IMG/VR virus record: IMGVR_UViG_3300046674_000204
Coordinates: 764-64,763 of that record
From: a virus
Lineage: Duplodnaviria; Caudoviricetes
Direction: 5' to 3' (one strand)
DNA length: 64,000 nt
Below are positions 28,605-37,081 of the stretch, piece by piece. The notes under the pieces are model-generated. The model saw only the letters and a list, made by a program, of their open reading frames with translations, was not told the origin of the DNA and searched no databases. Every line of letters starts with the position of its first letter. Within the stretch, counting starts at the first letter, position 1. A program made the translations under genes and the position numbers.

Positions 28605-29650
28605 GCTGCGGTCCTTCCGTAGATTGCTGACAGAGCAACTTCCGTTCGCAAGATTGCCTTGCCTATCGCTTCTGGGATTTGCGGGACGACGGCGTCACCG
28701 AACGCTTCGACGATGAGACTTGCTGCAGATGTCCCTTTTGGAGTGCCAAGCGCAACGCGAGTGCCAGCCAACCAGGAGGAAAGCCCATCATCCAGCCGTA
28801 AGTGACCGGTAATGCCGTGGTTCCAGTCAGGCCATGGCTCTGAAGGATATTCGCAAGCGCCCTCGCTCCCGACCACCGTGGATCGTTGTTCTGCATCCTC
28901 GCTTTGATGTTCGGGCTGTGCGAGGTCATATCCGGCCCGTGATAAGCTTCCGAAGCGCGCGGCGTCGGCAGGTAGGATTCGTGCAACATGTGCCGAACCG
29001 TTCCTGTTCGCCCCGTCGCCCGGTGTCCACCAGCCTTCATGTCCGACGCCCGCGGCGTAGACAGTATCATCCGAAATGGATAGGTCGAACCCGCACCGCC
29101 CCCTGCCCCATCCTTCATTCCGTCCGAGGCCATCGGGGTCGGCAACTTGCTCGACATCGCATCCGATGATCCAGCATCGCGGCCGCTCGTGATTGGCTCC
29201 GATGTCGCCAGCACGGACCACGAACGACCAGCAGGCGTAGCCGAGGGCTTCCAATGCAGCGAGGACGGCGTCAGCTCCCCGAGTTCTGAGATTAGAGCTG
29301 TTTTCAAGAGCGAACCAACGAGGACGGACTTCTCCGATAATGCGGACAGCCTCGAAGTAGAGGCCGCTGCGTTCGCCTTCGACGCCTTTGCCCTTGGTAT
29401 TGGCGCTGCTGATGTCTTGGCAGGGAGGGCTTCCGACGACGACGGACGGAAGTCGTCCGAAATCTCGAAGAAGTTGATCTGCTGTGAGCGTACAGACATC
29501 GTCATAAATACGAACCTCTGGATTATTTTGCCGGTAAAGCGCCCGGCGCCAGTCGACGAACTCGCAAGCCGCTATCGTGCGGAACCCGGCACGGTGCATT
29601 CCGAGAGACCAGCCACCAGCCGCAGCGCTGAAAAGGTCAAGAACCTCCAT
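28601..29650 (-). CDS. dcm: DNA cytosine-C5 methyltransferase, alpha subunit
   Basis: Motifs I (DLFSAAAGG), IV (SPPCQ), VI (LENS), VIII (HERPRCW) and X (FGDAVVPQ); no motif IX in this frame. Confidence 0.88.
   Translation of the reverse strand: MEVLDLFSAAAGGWSLGMHRAGFRTIAACEFVDWRRALYRQNNPEVRIYDDVCTLTADQLLRDFGRLPSVVVGSPPCQDISSANTKGKGVEGERSGLYFEAVRIIGEVRPRWFALENSSNLRTRGADAVLAALEALGYACWSFVVRAGDIGANHERPRCWIIGCDVEQVADPDGLGRNEGWGRGRCGFDLSISDDTVYAAGVGHEGWWTPGDGANRNGSAHVARILPADAARFGSLSRAGYDLAQPEHQSEDAEQRSTVVGSEGACEYPSEPWPDWNHGITGHLRLDDGLSSWLAGTRVALGTPKGTSAASLIVEAFGDAVVPQIPEAIGKAILRTEVALSAIYGRTAA
28663..29505 (-). CDS. Nested out-of-frame beta subunit of the C5 methyltransferase
   Basis: 280-aa same-strand ORF inside dcm with three L(P/S)TPxAS(D/E) repeats and motif-IX-like WMMGFPPGW; true start uncertain. 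Confidence 0.72.
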   Translation of the reverse strand: MTMSVRSQQINFFEISDDFRPSSSEALPAKTSAAPIPRAKASKANAAASTSRLSALSEKSVLVGSLLKTALISELGELTPSSLHWKPSATPAGRSWSVLATSEPITSGRDAGSSDAMSSKLPTPMASDGMKDGAGGGAGSTYPFRMILSTPRASDMKAGGHRATGRTGTVRHMLHESYLPTPRASEAYHGPDMTSHSPNIKARMQNNDPRWSGARALANILQSHGLTGTTALPVTYGWMMGFPPGWLALALRLALQKGHLQQVSSSKRSVTPSSRKSQKR

Positions 29651-31089
29651 CAGAACAACTCCGCCGGCCGCTCATGCGCCATAGAGACATAGCGGGTGTA
29701 TCGGCCCTCGAATTTCAGCTTCTCGCGGATTGTAGGATCTCCAAATCTTGATTTTATCACGCCTATCTCGGCGATCCCTTCGATGTCGCTGCCGAACACC
29801 TTGTGGATTTTCTTCCAATCCTGATCAGTAGCGGCGATAGCCTCGCGCTCAGCTTTGTACTTCTCGGCGCGATAGAGGAAGAGGATGGCGTCATAGTCAG
29901 CCCTGGCGCCCTCCCCTCCGTAAAGATCCGCAGCGATCGGCCTTGGGTTGTCACGACGCGTTCCAAAGCCGTTGCGCTGGTTCAGCACGAGGAAAGCCGA
30001 TTCCGTCTCATCCGCGAGGGCCTTCAGTTCAACGGTGATGTCACTTGAGATACGGTCGGCGGAAAGCTTGGCATCAACCGGCTTCACCTTGCCGATATGA
30101 TCGATAACGATGAATGGCGTCATGCCATTGGGATGCTTCTTGATGAATCGGCGCGCATAGGCCTTGAGTTGTCCGACGCCTTCACGCTGGCACCGGATGA
30201 TCTCAAGCGGCTGCTGGTTGACCCATGTAGCGAAGAGGACGCATTTCTCGCGCTCTTGGTCCGTCATCAGACGCATCGGCTCATCTTGTTGCTTTACGCT
30301 GATGCCATGAACCTGGGCGATCATCTGGCGAATGCACTGATAAGCAGACTGGTCATAGGACAGGAAGAGAACGGCGTGGCCAGCGACGAGGGCGTCATAG
30401 ATAAGCTGGACCGTGAGGCTCGTCTTGCCCTCTCCCGAGGATGAAAGAAGCCCATAGAGGTTGCCGCCGGCGAAGACGCTTTCGGAGAGAACGCGGCGGA
30501 TCTCTTCAAGATCAATCGTCACGCCCTTGACGCCGCCACGCTTGCCAGAGGCGTTGAATGCTGAGAGATAGGAGTCGCCAGCCGCCTTGGTCGCGACAGT
30601 CTCCGAGAAGCGCGCTCTTAGGTCCTTCAGGCGACGTTCCATCTGTTCGATCTCATCACCCAAGGTGAGAAGGCTATGCCCTTCCTTGGCCATGCTGGCG
30701 GCAAACTCGGCCTCTCTGCCAAGCTCCCGAGCCAATGTCATGCCCTTGATGATCTGGAGGCAAGGCTCGTAGCGCGTAGCCATAGTGGGCGTCAGGCCAG
30801 CGGTCATCAGCCGTGCCAGATAAGCCGATGGCGAGATATCCAGACCTTGGAGTTGCTTGGGAACGAACGGCTTGAGAGAAACCGCATTGATATGCTGATG
30901 CCCGGCATGAAGCGTCAGAGCAGCGGCAAAGATCGTCTTATGTAGATCCTCAAGAAAATCATCTGCGACCAAGCCGCATTCGCTGATCAGATCATTGTTG
31001 GCGATGATGCATGACAAGACTGTTTGCTCGGCTTCAAGCACGTCCTGATCGGTGATCTTGTCCATGAAGTCGCGGGGCATATTCGTCAC
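29650..31089 (-). CDS. dnaB: DnaB-like replicative helicase
   Basis: EAEQTVL N-terminus, SSGEGKTS Walker A, IVIDHI, LNQ, PIAADL, D..LFLYR, KSRFG. Confidence 0.88.
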   Translation of the reverse strand: MTNMPRDFMDKITDQDVLEAEQTVLSCIIANNDLISECGLVADDFLEDLHKTIFAAALTLHAGHQHINAVSLKPFVPKQLQGLDISPSAYLARLMTAGLTPTMATRYEPCLQIIKGMTLARELGREAEFAASMAKEGHSLLTLGDEIEQMERRLKDLRARFSETVATKAAGDSYLSAFNASGKRGGVKGVTIDLEEIRRVLSESVFAGGNLYGLLSSSGEGKTSLTVQLIYDALVAGHAVLFLSYDQSAYQCIRQMIAQVHGISVKQQDEPMRLMTDQEREKCVLFATWVNQQPLEIIRCQREGVGQLKAYARRFIKKHPNGMTPFIVIDHIGKVKPVDAKLSADRISSDITVELKALADETESAFLVLNQRNGFGTRRDNPRPIAADLYGGEGARADYDAILFLYRAEKYKAEREAIAATDQDWKKIHKVFGSDIEGIAEIGVIKSRFGDPTIREKLKFEGRYTRYVSMAHERPAELF

Positions 31090-31730
31090 GCATCCCTCCC
31101 GGCATAGAGAATTATGGGAGCGCGAGGCAGGCGCGGCGCTTCAGTCTGTGATCTAGCCCTCAGCCCCGCCGAGATTTTAGCTTTGATCTCGGGCGTCATA
31201 ACGTGGCCAACCTGTTTGATAGATTTCCCTTTTTTCGCCTCGCTCAGCCTCTTGCATGCCTCTTCAGACCGGCGTTCTCCTGTTTTCGCAGCGCTGATCT
31301 TCCGACGCGTTTCGTCACTGAACTGGCGACCCTTCAGGGATGCGCTGATCAACTTTCGTTGCGTATCGCCTACTGTGCGATCTCTCTTCGACCACCCGCG
31401 CTTAGCCGCTAGGCGCATGGCTTCGATGGTTTCAGTGGAGTGCTTGTGCCCTACATTTCGGCCAGCAGTGGGAGAAAGATTGAGCCGCGGCTTGAGGCGG
31501 TCAATGGCGTCCTGCTCATGAATCAGTAATTCGGATTCATCGCACTCGCGCTCGACCCTGCAGGACGGCTCTCCATGCTTGTCAAACACACGCTGAAGGA
31601 AGCTGTTTGAGTGGGTTCCCCGCTTCATGTCCGCAATGTGTCGAAGGACGCGGCGTCTCATGTGCTTAGACGAGCCGACATAAATCCCACTGGGGAATTC
31701 AAGGATGTAAACACCTGGGGCGTTCTTCAT
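31086..31730 (-). CDS. GIY-YIG homing endonuclease with NUMOD3 repeats
   Basis: GVYIL...YVGSS...R...HSNSFLQR...EQ...LNLSPTAG; HSTETI and FSDETRRKIS repeats. Confidence 0.85.
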   Translation of the reverse strand: MKNAPGVYILEFPSGIYVGSSKHMRRRVLRHIADMKRGTHSNSFLQRVFDKHGEPSCRVERECDESELLIHEQDAIDRLKPRLNLSPTAGRNVGHKHSTETIEAMRLAAKRGWSKRDRTVGDTQRKLISASLKGRQFSDETRRKISAAKTGERRSEEACKRLSEAKKGKSIKQVGHVMTPEIKAKISAGLRARSQTEAPRLPRAPIILYAGRDA

Positions 31731-32290
31731 TCCTTTCCCTCCCAATAGAGCCTAGGGGTGTAATGAGCGTCGGCAATCGGTCCCCATACCAGCCAGCAAT
31801 GATCCTCAGTTCCCGTAGTGCCGTCCAATGTCCAGCTTATCCGGTCGACGAGATTGATTTTCGCCATGAAGCGAGGATTGTCCCGGAACAGGTGATGGCG
31901 CGTTTTACCGAAGTCGAATTTCGCTGTGAGCAGTAGCGCCACAAGACCCTTGCAGCGAGTTAGAGCGTATTCGGCGAACAGGCGCGCGTCCCGGTTCTGC
32001 TTGCCATATGGAGGGTTGGTGATGATCGCATCGCTATATGGCCAGCCCTCCTTTGGCTTGAGGAAATTGTAGATATGATCATGATCGCGGTCGTATCTGA
32101 CGATGTCCGAAGTGATCACAGACTTTGCCTGCTCCCGGAGAACGTCGGCCATGAGATGATTGCCGGCCGCCGGCTCCCAGACATCAAGGCCGTCGACAGG
32201 GAAGTTGCGCAGAAGCGCTTCCGTCACCCACGGCTCTGTCTGGTAGAGATCATTTTCGATGCGGGCGTATTTTGAGGCGACCACCGTCAT
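31727..32290 (-). CDS. Amino (N6-adenine-type) DNA methyltransferase
   Basis: DLYQTEPW, WEPAAGN SAM motif, ITNPPY catalytic motif. Confidence 0.8.
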   Translation of the reverse strand: MTVVASKYARIENDLYQTEPWVTEALLRNFPVDGLDVWEPAAGNHLMADVLREQAKSVITSDIVRYDRDHDHIYNFLKPKEGWPYSDAIITNPPYGKQNRDARLFAEYALTRCKGLVALLLTAKFDFGKTRHHLFRDNPRFMAKINLVDRISWTLDGTTGTEDHCWLVWGPIADAHYTPRLYWEGKE

Positions 32291-32928
32291 GCTACAGCCC
32301 TATCGTTGCGCGCCATACGGAGATCCATCCACGGCTGCTGGTAGCGCTTGGCGTGAAATTTGATTTCGTTGTCTTCCCAACACATGGCGATCGCGACAGC
32401 CTCAGCCGCGTCATCTGCCAGTGCTTTTGCTTTGGGGAGTTGGACACCCATCCGCTCGCATTCGCTGATGGCGGGGCTTTTCCAGTCGTTTTTCATCTGG
32501 ATTTTTCCAGCCTTTCTCACCTGCTTCTGTGGCGGCTTGAACCCAGCGCCGAAGAAGGTGGACCGCCACGTGTTGGGATGAAGAGTGGCGTAAGGAACCC
32601 CCCAATTCGCGAGGATACTAACGATGGCTGTGGCCGAAACCCAGGCGAAGATCATCGCCGAGGCTGACACCTTGCCGATGTTTGCTTGGGCGGCTTCCTC
32701 TAGGACGGCAAAGTCCGGAGCCTTGCCGTATTCCTTCTTGTGATCGGAAATGAGCCGCTGGACCTGCATAGAGATCTGATCGCCGGTAAAGTACGGATCA
32801 GCTTTATCGGGCACCTCAATCACACCACACCTGATGTGCGAACAGTTGCCGTCCTTGCGCCGCGCTTCTGGGCTGTAGACAGCGTATCCAGTAAATTTTG
32901 AAGGGTCAAAGCCCATGATCCAGGTCAT
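32287..32928 (-). CDS. RuvC-like Holliday junction resolvase
   Basis: IMGFDPS..TGYAV, VLEE, PNTWR and DDAAEAVAIA acidic motifs. Confidence 0.75.
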   Translation of the reverse strand: MTWIMGFDPSKFTGYAVYSPEARRKDGNCSHIRCGVIEVPDKADPYFTGDQISMQVQRLISDHKKEYGKAPDFAVLEEAAQANIGKVSASAMIFAWVSATAIVSILANWGVPYATLHPNTWRSTFFGAGFKPPQKQVRKAGKIQMKNDWKSPAISECERMGVQLPKAKALADDAAEAVAIAMCWEDNEIKFHAKRYQQPWMDLRMARNDRAVA

Positions 32929-33629
32929 GCGCGCCGCCCTCCACCGATCGCCATCTCCCGAGGCCGATAAGCCAACCTGTGATGGACATTGCAGTAGGGT
33001 GAATCCTCGCGGGATTCAGCGCCGCAACAGGCCATATCCGCCCCAGATGGGCCGTCAGCGCTCGATATTGGGAAATGGCACTGGCTGGTTGTCAGATCAA
33101 TGAAACGCACTGCTGTAACGCCAGGAATGGCATGTATCGAACTGTCGAAGCCGCGCTGTGCTCGTTCGGTCGCTTTTGCCTCTCGATCCGAGCGGCGTGA
33201 CAGGACATCAACTCTTGCTACTCTCCAGTTTTTAGCTTGAACGCGCTCAGGAAAGTGCTGCGGGTAGCGCTTGACGACATCAGTCATAGTAGACGTGGAA
33301 ACGTCCATGCTCTGCGCCATAGCGGGAACCGAGACATTACGCGCCCATAGAGCCGCCGCCTTCAGCAAGCGTTCCTGCGTCCATGGAAGGCGCTTCTTCA
33401 CGGCATTGGCGGCCGCTTCAGCCTTTTTCGCGAGGTTTCGCTTTACAAGAACCGCCGGAAGCCGAATTTCGGAATGAAATGGAGTGCCAAGGCGGCTTGC
33501 CTTGCCTACTGCCGCATTCCGTGAACATCCAAGGCGATCGGCAGCCTGTGTGGCGCTTGAACCGTCCCTGACCATCCGTTGAAGAACGGCCACATTCTGA
33601 TCCGTCCACTTAAAGGGTATGTTTAGCAT
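32925..33629 (-). CDS. gcrA: GcrA-family cell-cycle regulator homolog
   Basis: WTDQNVAVL...G.SATQAA..LG.SRNAAVGKASRLG N-terminus; CHFPI...CCG...PYCNVH C-terminus. Confidence 0.85.
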   Translation of the reverse strand: MLNIPFKWTDQNVAVLQRMVRDGSSATQAADRLGCSRNAAVGKASRLGTPFHSEIRLPAVLVKRNLAKKAEAAANAVKKRLPWTQERLLKAAALWARNVSVPAMAQSMDVSTSTMTDVVKRYPQHFPERVQAKNWRVARVDVLSRRSDREAKATERAQRGFDSSIHAIPGVTAVRFIDLTTSQCHFPISSADGPSGADMACCGAESREDSPYCNVHHRLAYRPREMAIGGGRRA

Positions 33630-34015
33630 TCCTCGCGTTCCCCTCTGTTCGCTTTGAAGTTCTGATTTTTCATGATGATGGCTTGTTCAACCGGGACGCC
33701 ACGCGAGATACGGTTGCGAATAGTGGTTTGAGGAACGCCCGCTATAGCGCTCAACTCTTCCAATTTGGCCGGTCGGCCATTGAATGTATATTTTGGTTCA
33801 CGAATGCCGTGCGGTGCGGCCCGCTTTGTCCTTGGGCGCCCACGGCCCCTTACGAACTCTTCAACCTGAACCCCTGCCAAGATATCCTGAACGATGCCTT
33901 CTCGAACTACGGTATCGAGGATGGCCCGAGCCATTGCCGTCGCTGGAGCACCAAAACTGGTACCTTCCTTTTCGAGGGCGGCTTCAATCTTTCCGCCAAG
34001 AGAAATCGTGGCCAT
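33623..34015 (-). CDS. DNA-binding protein (C-terminal HTH)
   Basis: RGRGRPR AT-hook-like motif; LEELSAIAGVPQTTIRNRISRG. Confidence 0.6.
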   Translation of the reverse strand: MATISLGGKIEAALEKEGTSFGAPATAMARAILDTVVREGIVQDILAGVQVEEFVRGRGRPRTKRAAPHGIREPKYTFNGRPAKLEELSAIAGVPQTTIRNRISRGVPVEQAIIMKNQNFKANRGEREEC

Positions 34016-34040
34016 GCGAACCTACTTGATGAGAGAAAGC

Positions 34041-34107
34041 TCCAGACATTTGCGTCTGGATAGGTGGCCCGCGCCGGGAGGAGGAAAGCGCGGGCTCGGG
34101 AGGAGAG
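34041..34107 (-). ncRNA. Cuckoo-like anti-Shine-Dalgarno hairpin module
   Basis: GCCCGCGC-UUUCCUCCUCCCG-GCGCGGGC perfect 8-bp stem, preceded by CUCUCCUCCC and followed by a UCCAGAC/GUCUGGA hairpin. Confidence 0.55.
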
Positions 34108-34112
34108 ACTAG

Positions 34113-34430
34113 TCAGTGGATAACTGAGCCGATCGGAACCTTTGGCATGATCACCAATGCTCCCTTGCGCCTGATCGGCTTTTCGATGGGGATGGCCGCA
34201 TCAAGGGCGGCCTCGCTCCCATTACCGTCGCGCAACGGGCAGAAGATGGTGTCGCTTGGCTCCGAACAATCGACTGGCCTCGCAAACGATAGGTAGTACA
34301 TGCGACCAAGGGAGGGATTTTCATAAACCCCGGAGAAGCGCCCAACATATCTCCGGCCATCAGCGAACGTGATGCAAAGCCATTCTTTAGACTCGACTAC
34401 TGTTCCATTTGATTGAACTACACCATGCAT
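34113..34430 (-). CDS. Hypothetical protein
   Basis: 105-aa ORF with AAGGAG RBS. Confidence 0.55.
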   Translation of the reverse strand: MHGVVQSNGTVVESKEWLCITFADGRRYVGRFSGVYENPSLGRMYYLSFARPVDCSEPSDTIFCPLRDGNGSEAALDAAIPIEKPIRRKGALVIMPKVPIGSVIH

Positions 34431-34464
34431 TTGTTAATGCTCCTTTTTCTGTAGCCAAGCCGCT

Positions 34465-35049
34465 TCAGTGGGAAGTGTTGGGAGCCGCCGAGGCCCACTC
34501 TTCGCTGTCTTCGGAACTGGCGAATGGATCATCACCACTTGCCGGCGGTTCCTCTTTCGAGGATGCAGCCTTGATTCGAGCTTCGAAGTCGGGGAGAACG
34601 GTTTCATATTCCTTGGCGCCGGCATCATACGATTCCAGCCAGAGGCGATCATCTGAGCTGCCGCCGTCGTATCCAGAGACGCGATCAAGGCCGTTCAGTC
34701 CGGCATGGAAGCCCTTGGCCTGGACAAGCTGTTCGCCGCTGACACGGTTGGAGAGGAGATCGCCTTGAGGATCTTCATGGATGTAGCCCAACCAAGACAA
34801 ATTTTCGCGTTCCGACCGGAGCTTGTCGACTGGCTTCTGCTGATCCTCTGCGAGGAATGACTTCAGATAATGGTCAAGCTTTTGAGCTGGGAAGCCGGCG
34901 GCCTTCGCGTTCTGCCGGTTCGATTTCTTCTGCTCATTGAGCTCGCGGATCTTCGCCGCGATGTCACGGTCTTTTCGATGGTAGTAGCTGAACGAGACTC
35001 TGCGTTCGCGGTCAGCCTTGCTACTGTTATCACCCATTGCTGCGCTCAT
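34465..35049 (-). CDS. GapR/DUF2312-like domain plus RMF-like motif
   Basis: IAAKIRELNEQKK...AKAAGF coiled-coil pattern, then KGFHAGLNG...Y......WLESYDAG. Confidence 0.5.
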   Translation of the reverse strand: MSAAMGDNSSKADRERRVSFSYYHRKDRDIAAKIRELNEQKKSNRQNAKAAGFPAQKLDHYLKSFLAEDQQKPVDKLRSERENLSWLGYIHEDPQGDLLSNRVSGEQLVQAKGFHAGLNGLDRVSGYDGGSSDDRLWLESYDAGAKEYETVLPDFEARIKAASSKEEPPASGDDPFASSEDSEEWASAAPNTSH

Positions 35050-35053
35050 TTAT

Positions 35054-35491
35054 CTATCTTCCTTTTTCGGGGATCCTTGCTTTCGCAGCGCGCGCTTTAG
35101 CTTCCAGAGCTTCCACGCCTGCGAGAATATCTGACACAGCATCATGGCCGTGCACCTCCTCAACCGCCTTAACCTCGTGCTCAAGCTGCTTGATGAGCGA
35201 TAGGCAGAAGTTCACATAGACAGATCGGACTCTGTTGCAGAGCACGGTGTCGTAGATCTTCCGCTCACCTTTCATCAGGCGTTTGAAGCTGACCGCCGAT
35301 ATGCCGCACTGGCGGGCAAGCTTCGTTATGGCGCGAGTTTCATCGCCCCATCCTGAGCATTCACGCTCAAACATCTTCCGGGCGAGTAACCTCGCTTCTT
35401 CTGGGCTATATGCGTCAACTAAAGACATCGCTTTCGCCTCATTCCCTGTTTTGATTTTGATTGCCAAATGTTGAGTTTCTGAACACGTCAT
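35054..35491 (-). CDS. Putative transcription regulator (HTH-like)
   Basis: AITKLARQCGISAVSFKRLMKG. Confidence 0.55.
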   Translation of the reverse strand: MTCSETQHLAIKIKTGNEAKAMSLVDAYSPEEARLLARKMFERECSGWGDETRAITKLARQCGISAVSFKRLMKGERKIYDTVLCNRVRSVYVNFCLSLIKQLEHEVKAVEEVHGHDAVSDILAGVEALEAKARAAKARIPEKGR

Positions 35492-35548
35492 GTCTGCCGA
35501 TCCCGATAGATTGATATTCGTCGGGAAGGCGGCGGCATTCGAAAGGAG

Positions 35549-35761
35549 CTACTCCCGCCCCGCATAGGAAACACGGCCGGAAGGCCACGGAACCTTGTAA
35601 GAAGGATATGGATTTGGACGGCCGAGAAGGGTGCTTCGCTCGCTGGAAACTTGATGAAGCGCCTCAGCCTCGGAAATATTGAGAACCGTAGCGATGGCCC
35701 GGGTATCGTGGCCATTGCGGAACAATTGAAGGGCCGTAGGGGATTGGGAGGAAGGCATCAA
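35549..35761 (-). CDS. Small HTH-like protein
   Basis: LQLFRNGHDTRAIATVLNISEAEA. Confidence 0.55.
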   Translation of the reverse strand: MMPSSQSPTALQLFRNGHDTRAIATVLNISEAEALHQVSSERSTLLGRPNPYPSYKVPWPSGRVSYAGRE

Positions 35762-35943
35762 CGCCCCTCCCCGTGAAACTCATCCTCGATGGCGCGGACG
35801 CAGAAATTCTGAAGGTCGCCTTCAGATGCTCCGTGTTCATCGCCGCTATCCTTGGGAGCGATCCTCCCAATCATGAAAATTCCAAAGCCGAAGAAAGCAC
35901 CAGTCAGAGCAGCAATGATAAGACAACCGATGGCGTCAGACAT
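35758..35943 (-). CDS. Small membrane protein
   Basis: One TM segment; overlapping coupling in operon. Confidence 0.5.
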   Translation of the reverse strand: MSDAIGCLIIAALTGAFFGFGIFMIGRIAPKDSGDEHGASEGDLQNFCVRAIEDEFHGEGR

Positions 35944-36118
35944 GCTTTCCCCTCCTTGTGCTGGAACGGTCAGGGAAAGGGATGATCACGGCCTCACGGC
36001 GCTGTATGGGCTTGCGAAAGGCCTTCGCCGTCCATTGTTCGATCATGGCCAGACCACAGCAGAAGATGAAGCTCACTGCGATGAAGAGAAATGCGCCGGC
36101 TTGGAGGAGAATGGTCAT
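35936..36118 (-). CDS. Small membrane protein
   Basis: One TM segment; ATGA coupling. Confidence 0.5.
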   Translation of the reverse strand: MTILLQAGAFLFIAVSFIFCCGLAMIEQWTAKAFRKPIQRREAVIIPFPDRSSTRRGKHV

Positions 36119-36366
36119 GCCGACACCTGCTCGTTCTGAGGGTTGAGCATGGTCTTGAAGATGGAGATATCGGTCTGGCGCTCACCGCAAACACGGTAGG
36201 CAAGAATGTCGTCAAACCCATTTTGAGGGCCGCCCCACGTCCACCGGGTTGCATACCCTTCGCCAGACGGCGAGCACTTCACCTTCCCGAAGCGGAGGTC
36301 AACTTCAACCAGCGTTCCAGGCGCTACCGGCATAGAGCCGCCAAACCAAGGGATCATCTCACTCAT
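36115..36366 (-). CDS. Hypothetical phage protein
   Basis: WFGGSMPVAPGTLVEV...W...DDILAYR motif typical of small phage proteins. Confidence 0.6.
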   Translation of the reverse strand: MSEMIPWFGGSMPVAPGTLVEVDLRFGKVKCSPSGEGYATRWTWGGPQNGFDDILAYRVCGERQTDISIFKTMLNPQNEQVSA

Positions 36367-36694
36367 GCCCCCCTCATAGGTCTGGAGACTTGAACCCGAT
36401 CAGCCGCGACATTGCGCTCTACGGCACGACGGGCGAGTTGATCCTCTGGGAATTCATCGGAGAACTTCTCTCGGAAAGTCTCGAGCCAATCGAATCCGAC
36501 CGGTTCGCGTGGGGAGTGTTTGGGGGACTGGTTCATTGGCCGATCTCCGTCACACGGTAGGCATGGCCTTGGTATTCGAAGTATCCAGCCTTGATGCGGT
36601 CATCAGTGATCAATCCGCCGCCCACGACTCCAGCCATGAACCCGGCGATAAATCCGACGAGCAGGCCAATAGAAAATGATGAAATGCTCATGGA

Positions 36695-37081
36695 TCAAAC
36701 TCCCCCGCCGACATCATCGAGAACTGGAAGGCTGATCGCAGAATGCTTGGTGACGATGTTCAGCCCGAGGTCGGATCGCTCCGCAATCACCCGGTCGGCG
36801 ATCCTCTCCACATACTCTCGGTCGGACAGCGGCGTGTCTGCACAAGCAGGTGTCCGTGGACTGGCGCCTGTAAAGGCTGCCGCGCCGCTGTCCGATTCAA
36901 AATTGGGGTGGGTTGGAACGATATAGGCTTGCCAAGCGATCGGCGTCTCACCAGTCGCGAGGCCATCCCATGCGCTGCGCTTTTCATTCCATCGAGTGAC
37001 GGAGACCTTCTCACATTTCGTGGCGAGCCAGATCCGGCGATCAAGGGGAGCCGTGGAGATATCTTGGTTCCATTGGGTCAT
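36695..37081 (-). CDS. Hypothetical phage protein (DUF551-like start)
   Basis: WNQDISTAPLD...W...PIAWQ. Confidence 0.6.
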   Translation of the reverse strand: MTQWNQDISTAPLDRRIWLATKCEKVSVTRWNEKRSAWDGLATGETPIAWQAYIVPTHPNFESDSGAAAFTGASPRTPACADTPLSDREYVERIADRVIAERSDLGLNIVTKHSAISLPVLDDVGGGV

